Origin: Candidatus Omnitrophota bacterium
GTDB taxonomy: Bacteria > Omnitrophota > Gorgyraeia > Duberdicusellales > 4484-171
Reading direction: 5' to 3'
Length of the DNA: 64,000 nt
NCBI GenBank assembly: GCA_021735045.1
Contig: JAIPHU010000001.1
Coordinates: 4,529-68,528 of the forward strand
Both the position numbers and the translations under genes were made by a program. The notes below the pieces were generated by a model. The model saw only the letters and a program-made list of their open reading frames with translations. It did no database searches and had not been told where the DNA came from. Each line of letters starts with the position of its first letter. The first letter of the stretch is position 1. Positions 48,234 to 57,132 of this stretch are shown piece after piece.

Positions 48234-49573
48234 CCAACGTTTTTAAACTACCTGATTTAAGAAAGAAGGTTTTAATTACCCTTTCCTTGCTAATAGTATA
48301 TCGAGCTGGATGTTTTATTCCCACTCCGGGGGTTAATACAGCTGCTCTTTCTCAGTTTTTTGCAGAAGTTGCTAAAAATCAAGGCCAAACTATCTTTGGA
48401 ATGCTTAACCTATTTACTGGCGGCGCATTGACGAAGTTAAGTATTTTTGCTTTAGGGGTTATGCCTTACATATCAGCTTCAATTATTATGCAGTTGCTAC
48501 AGAATGTGGTTCCGGCCCTAGAAAGGATTGCTAAAGAAGGCAAGGCTGGCTACGAAAAAATTAATCAATACACTAGATACTTGACGTTAGCTTTGTGTTG
48601 TGTCCAAGGTCTTTTCTTATCTTTTTGGCTTTCAAATCCTGCTAATTTTAGAGGACATTTGATTGTTCCCGAGCCGGGACTTTTGTTTAATTTTACCACG
48701 GTAATTACTCTAGCTTGTGGAACGATTTTTATTATGTGGTTAGGAGAGCAGATTCAAGAAAGAGGTATTGGTAACGGGATTTCAATTATTATTACCGCTA
48801 GTATAATGTCTCGTATTCCTTCATCGGTTAATCAACTTTGGCGGCTTTGGTCTCCGATGGATCCGGCAAATCAACAAATATCAACTCCGGTTGTAATTGC
48901 TTTAGTTGCTGTTTGGGTTTTTATGATTGCTGCTGTAGTTTTATTTACTCAGGGTCAGCGGAGAATTCCAATTCAATATGGGAGAAGAGTAGTCGGACGT
49001 AAGATGTATGGTGGCCAAAGCACATATTTGCCAATAAAGATAGATATGGCAGGGGTTATTGCAATTATATTTGCTTCTGCGGTTATTTCGTTTCCAGCGA
49101 CATTGGCTATGTTTTTACCTAAAGATATAAAAATTGTTCAGTTTTTACAAACTGTAATCCAGCAAAGAGGCCTTTGGTATAATTTGATATTAGTGGGGCT
49201 TATTGTCTTTTTTATGTATTTTTATACAGCAATGGTTTTTCATCCTTTAGAAATTGCAAATAATTTAAAGCGTTATGGCGGTTTTGTTCCTGGGGTAAGG
49301 CCGGGTAGGCCTACCGCTAACTATCTTGATTATGTTGCAACTCGTATTGTGTTTGTTGGAGCTATATATATTAGTATTATTGCAATTTTTCCAAATATTA
49401 TTATGGAAATTTTCCGGGTACCTTCTTATCAGTTAGCTTCGCTTTTTGGCGGCACAACACTTTTGATTATGGTCGCGGTTATACTCGACACAATGAAGCA
49501 AATTGAGGGACAACTCATGACTCGTCATTACGATGGCTTTATTAAAGGAAGTCCTCTAAAGGGGAGAAGATAA
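48218..49573 (+). CDS. secY: Preprotein translocase subunit SecY
   Basis: 451 aa, 10 TM segments, conserved SecY blocks (GGALTKLSIFALGVMPYISASIIMQLL). Confidence 0.95.
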   Translation: MFKAVANVFKLPDLRKKVLITLSLLIVYRAGCFIPTPGVNTAALSQFFAEVAKNQGQTIFGMLNLFTGGALTKLSIFALGVMPYISASIIMQLLQNVVPALERIAKEGKAGYEKINQYTRYLTLALCCVQGLFLSFWLSNPANFRGHLIVPEPGLLFNFTTVITLACGTIFIMWLGEQIQERGIGNGISIIITASIMSRIPSSVNQLWRLWSPMDPANQQISTPVVIALVAVWVFMIAAVVLFTQGQRRIPIQYGRRVVGRKMYGGQSTYLPIKIDMAGVIAIIFASAVISFPATLAMFLPKDIKIVQFLQTVIQQRGLWYNLILVGLIVFFMYFYTAMVFHPLEIANNLKRYGGFVPGVRPGRPTANYLDYVATRIVFVGAIYISIIAIFPNIIMEIFRVPSYQLASLFGGTTLLIMVAVILDTMKQIEGQLMTRHYDGFIKGSPLKGRR

Positions 49574-50215
49574 ATGAAAATTATACTTTTTGGAGCACCT
49601 GGTTCAGGTAAAGGGACTCAAGCAGATATGTTGGCTAAAGAATTTGATCTGGAAAAAATATCTTTAGGAGATATTTTACGCCAAGAAGTCAAAAAAGAGT
49701 CAGATCTAGGTAGGGAAGTTAAACAATACATGGACAAAGGAGAGCTTGTGCCCGATAGCACTGTAAAAGATGTAATCGATGCAAATTTAGCAGAGGATAA
49801 TTTTATCCTCGACGGGTATCCTCGGAATGGCCAACAAGCGCAAACATTAAATGATATTTTGAAAAAAAGAGATAGCTCAATAGACGCTTTTATTTATTTA
49901 GATGTTAGCCAAGAAACTATAGTTGATAGGCTTAGTAAAAGGAGAGTATGTAAAAAATGTGGAGCTAACTATCATCTTAACACAATGCCGCCAAAAGAAG
50001 ATAATATTTGTGATCAATGTAGTGCTGAGTTAGTTCAAAGGGATGATGATACCCCTGAAGTGATAAAAAAAAGATGGAATGTATTTTTAGCCAATAGCAA
50101 GGAAGTCTTTGATTTTTATAAGAAAAAAAATGTTTTTATATCTGTTGATGGCGACCAAGATAAAGAAAAGGTATTTGAACAAGTAAAAGAAAAGCTAGAG
50201 GCAAGAGAACAATAA
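49574..50215 (+). CDS. adk: Adenylate kinase (zinc-binding LID)
   Basis: GAPGSGKGTQ P-loop, LID CKKCGANYH..CDQC. Confidence 0.9.
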   Translation: MKIILFGAPGSGKGTQADMLAKEFDLEKISLGDILRQEVKKESDLGREVKQYMDKGELVPDSTVKDVIDANLAEDNFILDGYPRNGQQAQTLNDILKKRDSSIDAFIYLDVSQETIVDRLSKRRVCKKCGANYHLNTMPPKEDNICDQCSAELVQRDDDTPEVIKKRWNVFLANSKEVFDFYKKKNVFISVDGDQDKEKVFEQVKEKLEAREQ

Positions 50216-50220
50216 AATGT

Positions 50221-50268
50221 ATTCATTTATCTGCCGAAGGCAGATCCTGCCCGAAGGGCAGCAATGAA
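50221..50268 (+). promoter_or_regulatory. Three-way structured element after adk: outer stem ATTCATT/AATGAAT enclosing two tandem GC hairpins
   Basis: ATCTGCC-GAA-GGCAGAT and CTGCCC-GAA-GGGCAG hairpins are read directly. No U-tract follows. Candidate processing site or terminator variant. Confidence 0.3.
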
Positions 50269-50349
50269 TCCATCAGTAATTGAGAATAGTTATTAAGTTT
50301 ATTAAGATTATCGATTGGTATGTTGTTAAATAAAGTACGGAGATTACAA

Positions 50350-50463
50350 GATGAAAGTTAAAAGTTCGGTAAAAAGAGTTTGTAATAAATGTAAATTAAT
50401 AAAAAGGAAAGGAGTTGTAAGGGTGATTTGTAAAAACCCTAAGCATAAGCAACGGCAAGGATA
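50350..50463 (+). CDS. rpmJ: 50S ribosomal protein L36 (37 aa, below the ORF-track cutoff)
   Basis: Translates to [37 protein letters not shown] (C-x2-C...C...H zinc ribbon). Confidence 0.8.
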
Positions 50464-50469
50464 GTTGGC

Positions 50470-50496
50470 AAAGAGCATAGTGCATAGCGCTAGGCG
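50470..50496. repeat. GCGC-rich REP-like palindrome, copy 3 (AGAGCATAGTGCATAGCGCTAGGCG)
   Basis: Reverse complement AGCGCTATGCACTATGCTC matches 7394-7412 with one mismatch. Upstream of rpsM. Confidence 0.4.
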
Positions 50497-50518
50497 TTAA
50501 CAGGAGGATGAGATAAAT

Positions 50519-50887
50519 ATGCCAAGGATTTTAGGGGTAGATATCCCAAAAGATAAAAAAATAAAGATTTCTTTGCGTTATATCTATGGAGTTGGGCCTA
50601 AAAAAGCTGAAGAAATTTTAGATAATACCGGAATTGACCCGGAAAGAAAAGCTGGGGATCTTAAGGATGAAGAGGCTTCCCAGCTTGCTAAATATATTCA
50701 GTCAAACTATACTGTAGAAGGTGAACTAAGACGTCAAACTTCTCAAGATATTAGAAGGTTGATTGAAATTAAATCTTATAAGGGGATGCGGCACAAAAAA
50801 GGTTTACCAGTTAGAGGCCAACGTACTCGCTGTAATGCTCGAACAAAAAAAGGGCCTAAATCTCGAGTTGGTGGACAAAAGAGATAA
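50519..50887 (+). CDS. rpsM: 30S ribosomal protein S13
   Basis: MPRILGVDIPKDKKIKISLRYIYGVG is the S13 signature. Confidence 0.95.
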   Translation: MPRILGVDIPKDKKIKISLRYIYGVGPKKAEEILDNTGIDPERKAGDLKDEEASQLAKYIQSNYTVEGELRRQTSQDIRRLIEIKSYKGMRHKKGLPVRGQRTRCNARTKKGPKSRVGGQKR

Positions 50888-50964
50888 AAATATTTTTTAT
50901 AAAATTATTTAAGTTAATATAAATTTATCGATACTTATCAAAATCTATTAAGTGAGGAAAAAAT

Positions 50965-51363
50965 ATGGCCAAGAAACCAAAAAGAAAAGAAAGAAAAAAG
51001 AAGAGAGTTCAACTTCAGTCTTCAGCTGGAGTAGCTAGGATAAAAGCTACTTTTAATAATACAATCGTTTCAATAACAGATTTAGGCGGAAATGTTTTAG
51101 CCTGGAAGTCGGCTGGAGGAATAGGATTTAAAGGTGCACGTAAGTCAACACCTTATGCAGCTCAAATAGCTTCGTTAGAAGTTGCTAAGGCAACTAAGGC
51201 TATGGGCCTAAGAGAAGTTGATGTTATGATTAAAGGGCCGGGGCCAGGCCGTGAGGCAGCCATCAGAGCTCTTTCAGCTGCAGGTTTAAATGTAGGGCGA
51301 GTTAAAGTGGCAAGTCCTGCTCCACATAATGGATGTAGGTTGAAAAAGAAGAGAAGAGTCTGA
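50965..51363 (+). CDS. rpsK: 30S ribosomal protein S11
   Basis: [28 protein letters not shown] is the S11 signature. Confidence 0.95.
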   Translation: MAKKPKRKERKKKRVQLQSSAGVARIKATFNNTIVSITDLGGNVLAWKSAGGIGFKGARKSTPYAAQIASLEVAKATKAMGLREVDVMIKGPGPGREAAIRALSAAGLNVGRVKVASPAPHNGCRLKKKRRV

Positions 51364-51380
51364 ATATAAGAATAAAGTAG

Positions 51381-51401
51381 GGGCGAAGCTTGTCTTCGCC
51401 C
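51381..51401 (+). promoter_or_regulatory. GC hairpin GGGCGAAG-CTTG-TCTTCGCCC immediately upstream of rpsD
   Basis: Perfect 8-bp GC stem in the 59-nt rpsK-rpsD spacer, about 20 nt before the rpsD start. No U-tract. Confidence 0.3.
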
Positions 51402-51422
51402 GATAAAATAATAGGAGAAAAT

Positions 51423-52052
51423 ATGGCAAGAGATTTAAGACCAAAATGTAAACTGTGTCGAAGAGCAGGAATGAAGTTATTCCTAAAAGGAGTCAGGTGT
51501 TTAACTGAAAAATGTGCTGTAGCTAAAAGACCAACTCCCCCTGGGATGCAAAGAAGGCAGAGATCTAAACCTTCTTATTATGCCCTACAGTTACGGGAAA
51601 AGCAAAAAGCAAAGAATATTTATGGCTTACTTGAACGTCAATTTAGAAGATTTTTTGAAATTGCGCATAAATCTGAAGGAGCTACCGGACAAATTTTGGT
51701 TCAGCAGCTTGAAAGAAGATTAGATAATATAGTTTTTAGGTCGCTTTTTGCATTATCGCGGTCTCAAGCCAGGCAATTAGTCCGTCATGGGTTTGTTTTT
51801 ATTGATAATCGGAGGGTTGATATTCCTTCATTTTTGGTTAAAAAAGATCAAGTGGTTGAATTTAGAATAGATGAAGGGGTAAAAAATTTAATAAAAGAAA
51901 ATATTCAAATAAGTGAAAAAGAAAAAAGCGTGCCGGAATGGATTAGTGTTGATAATCAAAACTATAAAATTACAATAAAAAGACTTCCTACTAAGGAAGA
52001 TCTTACTATACCTATACAAGAACAGTTGATCGTTGAGCTTTATTCTAAATAA
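51423..52052 (+). CDS. rpsD: 30S ribosomal protein S4
   Basis: MARDLRPKCKLCRRAGMKLFLKG (zinc-ribbon S4 N-terminus) and an S4 domain. GGAG RBS; the ORF-track start at 51390 is too early. Confidence 0.9.
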   Translation: MARDLRPKCKLCRRAGMKLFLKGVRCLTEKCAVAKRPTPPGMQRRQRSKPSYYALQLREKQKAKNIYGLLERQFRRFFEIAHKSEGATGQILVQQLERRLDNIVFRSLFALSRSQARQLVRHGFVFIDNRRVDIPSFLVKKDQVVEFRIDEGVKNLIKENIQISEKEKSVPEWISVDNQNYKITIKRLPTKEDLTIPIQEQLIVELYSK

Positions 52053-52079
52053 TTGCATTTTTAATGGGAGGAAAAAATT

Positions 52080-53066
52080 ATGGGGATAAGTTGGAGAGAT
52101 TTTCAATTTCCAAAAAGAATAACCGTTGATCAAGATAGTTACAGTCCAACCTATGGTAAATTTATAGCAGATCCTTTGGAAAGAGGTTATGGGGTAACCC
52201 TTGGTAATTCATTGCGGCGCGTTCTTCTTTCCTCGATAGAGGGTTCTGCAGTTACATCAATCAATATTAAAGAGGCTCAGCATGAGTTCTCCCCTATAGA
52301 GGGAGTTTTAGAAGACTTACCGGAAATTATCTTGAATATAAAAGGGCTTACTTTGCGCGCTTATTCTCGGTCACCGAAGAAAATTTATGTAAAAGCTGAA
52401 GGCGAAAAAAATATCAAGGCCAGAGATATTGTTACAGATGAAACAATAGAAATAGTGAATCCTGATCATCATATTGCTACAATTACTGATCCTGGGAAAA
52501 AATTGAATATTGAAATGGAAGTAGGCCGTGGCCGCGGTTTTGTTCCAGCTGAAGCTAATAAACGAGAAGATATGCCAATTGGAGTTGTTGCTATTGATTC
52601 GATTTTTACTCCTGTAAAGAGAGTAGCGTTTAAGGTTGAAAATACTAGAGTTGGAAAAAGGACAGATTATGATAAATTGATTTTGGAAATTTTTACCGAT
52701 GCTAGCATTGAGCCTAAAGAAGCTTTGATTTACGCTTCAAAGGTTTTAAATAAACATCTTGAGCTTTTCTTTACTTTAGGTGAATTACCGGAAGAAGACT
52801 ATGAGGAGCTTACTCCAGAAGAAATTTCTTTATATGAGAAGCTTAAACTGCCAGTTTCTGAGTTGGAACTTTCAGTAAGAAGTGCTAACTGCCTACGAGA
52901 AGCCAATATTAAAACTTTAGCAGAGTTGGTAACAAAAACAGAACCGGAAATATTAGCTTATCGTAATTTTGGAAAAAAATCTTTAAATGAAGTTGAAGCT
53001 CTCTTAAAAACAATGGGGCTTTCTTTTGGCATGAATATTGATGAAGAAAAAATGAAAAAGGTATAA
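52080..53066 (+). CDS. rpoA: DNA-directed RNA polymerase subunit alpha
   Basis: 328 aa with an N-terminal dimerization domain and C-terminal alphaCTD (LSVRSANCLREANIKTLAEL). Confidence 0.95.
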   Translation: MGISWRDFQFPKRITVDQDSYSPTYGKFIADPLERGYGVTLGNSLRRVLLSSIEGSAVTSINIKEAQHEFSPIEGVLEDLPEIILNIKGLTLRAYSRSPKKIYVKAEGEKNIKARDIVTDETIEIVNPDHHIATITDPGKKLNIEMEVGRGRGFVPAEANKREDMPIGVVAIDSIFTPVKRVAFKVENTRVGKRTDYDKLILEIFTDASIEPKEALIYASKVLNKHLELFFTLGELPEEDYEELTPEEISLYEKLKLPVSELELSVRSANCLREANIKTLAELVTKTEPEILAYRNFGKKSLNEVEALLKTMGLSFGMNIDEEKMKKV

Positions 53067-53069
53067 AAT

Positions 53070-53567
53070 ATGCGACATAAGAAAAAAGGAAACAAACTAT
53101 CACGTTCCCGGGCCCAAAGGAAAGCGTTGCTTAAATCTTTACTTAGGTCAATAATTATTAGCGAAAAGATTAAAACTACTACCCCAAAAGCAAAAGTAGT
53201 TAAGCCTCAAATTGATAAAATTATTGGCTTGGCAAAAAAGAATAATCTTTCTGCTCGGCGTCAAGCTTTTAAAATTATTGGTGATCATTCTTTAGTCAAA
53301 AAACTTTTTAATCAGATTGGGCCTCGTTTTAATGATGGCCAAGGTGGTTATAGCCGCATTTATAATCTTGGTTTTAGAAAAAGCGATGGAGCTTCATTGT
53401 CTCAGATAGAGCTAACTAAATTAGCAAGCAAAAAGGTTGCCAAAGAAACTACCAAAAAGACTAAAAGTAAAACAACAAAAGAAGAGGCTACAGGAAAAAA
53501 AGAAACTTCTAAAGAAAAAGGGTTATCTGGGTTAAAAAAGATGTTTAAAAAAGGGAAAAAATCCTAA
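53070..53567 (+). CDS. rplQ: 50S ribosomal protein L17 with a K-rich C-terminal tail
   Basis: MRHKKKGNKLSRSRAQRKALL is the L17 N-terminus. About 45 aa of extra K/T/E-rich tail. Confidence 0.9.
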   Translation: MRHKKKGNKLSRSRAQRKALLKSLLRSIIISEKIKTTTPKAKVVKPQIDKIIGLAKKNNLSARRQAFKIIGDHSLVKKLFNQIGPRFNDGQGGYSRIYNLGFRKSDGASLSQIELTKLASKKVAKETTKKTKSKTTKEEATGKKETSKEKGLSGLKKMFKKGKKS

Positions 53568-53573
53568 ATTTAT

Positions 53574-54731
53574 ATGTCAATAAATCCTCAGGTTTTATCT
53601 TTAACAAAATCAGCTACCTTAAAGATTACTGCTTTAACTAAACAGATAAAAAAACAAGGCAAGGATGTTGTTAATTTTGCAGCTGGAGAGCCTGATTTTG
53701 ATACTCCAGATTTTATAAAAACTGCTGCCAAAGAGGCCATTGATCAAGGCTTTACTAAATACACACCTTCTTCAGGTGATAATCGATTAAAAGAAGCAAT
53801 TGCTAACAAATTAAAAGTTAACAATGGTATTTGTCTAGATAAAGAAAATGTTATCGTTACTTCTGGAGCAAAATATGCTCTTTTTATCGCCTTGTTATCT
53901 TTGCTATCAGTCGATGATCAGGTTCTTATACCGTCACCTTACTGGGTGAGTTATCCTGAGATGGCTAAGCTTACTTTGGGTAAAGCTAAGTTTATCGACT
54001 TAGCAGAAGAAAATAATTTTAAATTAACACCTGAGCTTTTAAATAATTCAATAACTAAAAAAACAAAAGTTCTTATTTTTAACTATCCTAGCAATCCTAC
54101 CGGTGTAACTTACAGTAAAAAAGAGCTCATAGATATTTCAAAAGTCATAAAAGATGCTAATATTTATGTAGTAAGTGATGAGATCTATGAAACTTTAGTG
54201 TATGATAAAAAGTCTCATATTAGCTTTGCTAGTCTAGACTCTATGCAGGATAAAACCTTGACCGTAGGAGGTTTTTCAAAAAGTTTTGCCATGACTGGAT
54301 GGCGGGTTGGTTATTTAGCAGCAAATAAAGATTTAGTGAAAGAAATTTCAAAGATTGTTGGCCATACTACTTCATGTCCCTGTTCTATATCCCAGGCGGC
54401 TGCTTTAGCAGCATTAGGTGATAATAAATGGCAGAGTCAGGTCGGTTTAAAGTTTGAAGCCAGAAGAGATTTACTTTATCAAGGATTAAGCAATACTCCT
54501 AAGGTAAAGCCGTTTAAATCGGAAGGAACTTTTTATATGTTTTGTGATATTAGGGAAACAGGCCTAAGTTCTTTTGAATTTTGCTCACGGTTGTTGGAAG
54601 AAGAACTTGTATCTTGTATACCGGCAAGTTCTTTCGGCAAAGAAGGTTTTATTAGAATTAGTTTTTCTACTAGTTTAAAACAGATAAAAAAAGGAATAGA
54701 TAGAATTAATAATTTTATCAAGAAACTTTAA
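53574..54731 (+). CDS. Class I/II pyridoxal-phosphate aminotransferase (aspartate aminotransferase-like)
   Basis: 385 aa. NFAAGEPDFDTP, the GFSKSFAMTGWRVGY PLP-lysine region, and N.PSNPTG. Confidence 0.75.
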   Translation: MSINPQVLSLTKSATLKITALTKQIKKQGKDVVNFAAGEPDFDTPDFIKTAAKEAIDQGFTKYTPSSGDNRLKEAIANKLKVNNGICLDKENVIVTSGAKYALFIALLSLLSVDDQVLIPSPYWVSYPEMAKLTLGKAKFIDLAEENNFKLTPELLNNSITKKTKVLIFNYPSNPTGVTYSKKELIDISKVIKDANIYVVSDEIYETLVYDKKSHISFASLDSMQDKTLTVGGFSKSFAMTGWRVGYLAANKDLVKEISKIVGHTTSCPCSISQAAALAALGDNKWQSQVGLKFEARRDLLYQGLSNTPKVKPFKSEGTFYMFCDIRETGLSSFEFCSRLLEEELVSCIPASSFGKEGFIRISFSTSLKQIKKGIDRINNFIKKL

Positions 54732-54818
54732 ACACGGAACACGAAATCCGAAATACGAAACAATTTTTAAATTATTAAGATTTCAGATTTGCTTCGAGCA
54801 TTCGAATTTATTTTAGAT

Positions 54819-56072
54819 ATGTCACAAACTGTTGTAGAAAAAATATTCTCAAATCATGCCAAAAAAACCCTTAAAGCTGGTGATGTAGGAGTTTGTCAGG
54901 TAGATTTTTGTTTTTCGCAAGATGGAACTTCAGCTTTAGTCTTAGATAGTCTCGCCAAATCAAAAAAAAGTATTCTTAATCCTAAAAAATATGCGATGTT
55001 CATTGATCATAGCAGCCCATCTCCTAATTTAGGTGTGTCTAGAGTTCATTCGCGCATGCGCAAGTTTAAAAAAAAGAATAAGAACCTTCTTTTTGATGTT
55101 GGTTGCGGTATCTCACATCAACTAATCATTGAAGAAGGTTTTGCTGTTCCAGGCAATCTTATTTTAGGTGCAGATTCTCATAGTTCAACTGCGGGGGCTT
55201 TAGGAACTTTAGCAATGGGGGTTGGTTCTACTGATTTAGCAGTTACACTTTCTACCGGTAAAAATTGGTTTAAAGTTCCCCAAACCTATAAGATAATTGT
55301 TAAAGGAAAGATTCCTTTTGGGGTTTATAGTAAAGATATTATTCTTTATATAATAAGCAAATTAGGTTCAAATGGAGCTACTTATAAGTCAATTGAATTT
55401 TCCGGAGAGGTGATTGATAAACTTTCAATGGATGCGCGTTTTACTATAACTAACATGACTATTGAATTTGGGGCTAAAGATGGATTAATGCCTGTAGATA
55501 AAAAAGCTAAAAAATTTTTGGAAAAAATAGGAGTTAAAAACTATAAAAATATTTCAGCTGATAAAGACTGTAACTATGAAAAGGAGATTGAGTTTGATAT
55601 TACAAAGATTTCTCCTTATGTAGCATCTCCTCATGAGGTAGATAATGGAGTGCCGATTGAAGAAATTAAAGGAAAAAAAATCGATCAGGCTTTTTTGGGA
55701 ACATGTACTAATGGGCGTCTGGAAGATTTAAAAATAGCTGCAGAGATTTTAGCAAAAAATAAAATTCATCCTCAGGTTAAATTTTTAGTCGCACCGGCTT
55801 CCCGAGCCATATTCCAAAAAGCGCTGGATAAAGGATATATAAAGAAATTTGTTGAATCCGGCGGAATCATTCTGCCTACCGGGTGTGGTCCTTGTGTGGG
55901 AACTCATCAAGGGGTTTTAGCAGATGGGGAAGTAGCAATCTCTACAGCAAATAGAAATTTTAAAGGAAGAATGGGTAATCCGAAAGCTTTCATTTATTTA
56001 GCTTCTCCGGCAACAGTAGCAGCATCTGCGATTAAAGGAGAGATCGCTGACCCGCGAGAAGTCCTAAAATAG
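54819..56072 (+). CDS. leuC: Aconitase-family dehydratase large subunit (LeuC / homoaconitase-like)
   Basis: MSQTVVEKIFSNHA N-terminus, and GTCTNGRLEDL / PTGCGPC cluster-binding cysteines. The ORF-track start at 54789 is slightly earlier. Confidence 0.7.
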   Translation: MSQTVVEKIFSNHAKKTLKAGDVGVCQVDFCFSQDGTSALVLDSLAKSKKSILNPKKYAMFIDHSSPSPNLGVSRVHSRMRKFKKKNKNLLFDVGCGISHQLIIEEGFAVPGNLILGADSHSSTAGALGTLAMGVGSTDLAVTLSTGKNWFKVPQTYKIIVKGKIPFGVYSKDIILYIISKLGSNGATYKSIEFSGEVIDKLSMDARFTITNMTIEFGAKDGLMPVDKKAKKFLEKIGVKNYKNISADKDCNYEKEIEFDITKISPYVASPHEVDNGVPIEEIKGKKIDQAFLGTCTNGRLEDLKIAAEILAKNKIHPQVKFLVAPASRAIFQKALDKGYIKKFVESGGIILPTGCGPCVGTHQGVLADGEVAISTANRNFKGRMGNPKAFIYLASPATVAASAIKGEIADPREVLK

Positions 56073-56083
56073 GGAGGTTTTTT

Positions 56084-57130
56084 ATGCGAATAAATGATAT
56101 TTTAGAATTAGCTGAAACAAAGGGTGCCAGTGATATTCATTTTACAGTAGGACTTCCTCCGATTTTGCGAATAGATGGAGAGTTGATTATCACCGATCTG
56201 GAAACTTTAACTAAAGAGAGTTCTAAGTCATTAGTCTATAGTATGATTAACGATGAAAGAAAGGCTGCTTTTGAAAAAAATCGAGAATTAGATTTTTCAT
56301 TTACTTTACCGGATATGGACCGTTATAGGATAAACGTTCATTACCAACGAGGTAATGTCGAGGCAGCCTTAAGAAGGGTCCCTAAAAAAATTCCTTCAAT
56401 TGAATCATTAGGGCTGCCGGATATTGTTTTTGATTTAATAAAAAAACCAAATGGGCTAATTCTGGTTACCGGGCCAACTGGAACGGGAAAAAGTACAAGT
56501 TTAGCTGCTATGGTTGATTTTATTAACAAAAACAGAAAGGAACTTATTATCTCTATCGAAGATCCTATAGAGTTTGTCTATAAAAATCAAAAAAGTATTA
56601 TTAAGCAGAGGGAGGTTTTTGCTGATACACACTCTTTTCCTGAAGCTTTAAAAAGAGGTCTTAGGCAGGATCCAGACGTTATGGTTGTAGGAGAAATGCG
56701 AGATCTTGAAACAATTACAACTGCCTTGACTGCGGCTGAGACTGGCCACCTTGTACTTGCTACTTTGCATACACCAGATGCTCCCCAAACGATACAAAGA
56801 ATTATAGATGTTTTTCCCCCTCACCAACAAAGGCAAATAACAGTTCAACTTGCTGAAAGCCTACAGGCGGTTATTTCACAAGTTTTATTACACCGGGCTG
56901 AAAAAAAGGGAAGAATATTAGCTACAGAAGTAATGGTTTCAACTCCAGGAATAAGAAACCTAATCAGGGAAAATGATATCGCCCAAATTCCTTCTCTGAT
57001 TCAGATGGGTGGACAACACGGAATGTATACTATGGATAAGTGCCTAAAAACTTTTTATAAGAAAGGATTGATTACAAAAAAGGCAGCTTTAAGAAAAGTA
57101 AAAAATATAGCGGAGTTTAATAGCTTATAA
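56084..57130 (+). CDS. pilT: Type IV pilus retraction ATPase PilT-like
   Basis: ASDIHFTVGLPPILRIDGEL, Walker A GPTGTGKST, and the IEDPIEF / Asp box / His box of PilT. Inserted between leuC-like and leuD-like. Confidence 0.8.
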   Translation: MRINDILELAETKGASDIHFTVGLPPILRIDGELIITDLETLTKESSKSLVYSMINDERKAAFEKNRELDFSFTLPDMDRYRINVHYQRGNVEAALRRVPKKIPSIESLGLPDIVFDLIKKPNGLILVTGPTGTGKSTSLAAMVDFINKNRKELIISIEDPIEFVYKNQKSIIKQREVFADTHSFPEALKRGLRQDPDVMVVGEMRDLETITTALTAAETGHLVLATLHTPDAPQTIQRIIDVFPPHQQRQITVQLAESLQAVISQVLLHRAEKKGRILATEVMVSTPGIRNLIRENDIAQIPSLIQMGGQHGMYTMDKCLKTFYKKGLITKKAALRKVKNIAEFNSL

Positions 57131-57132
57131 AA

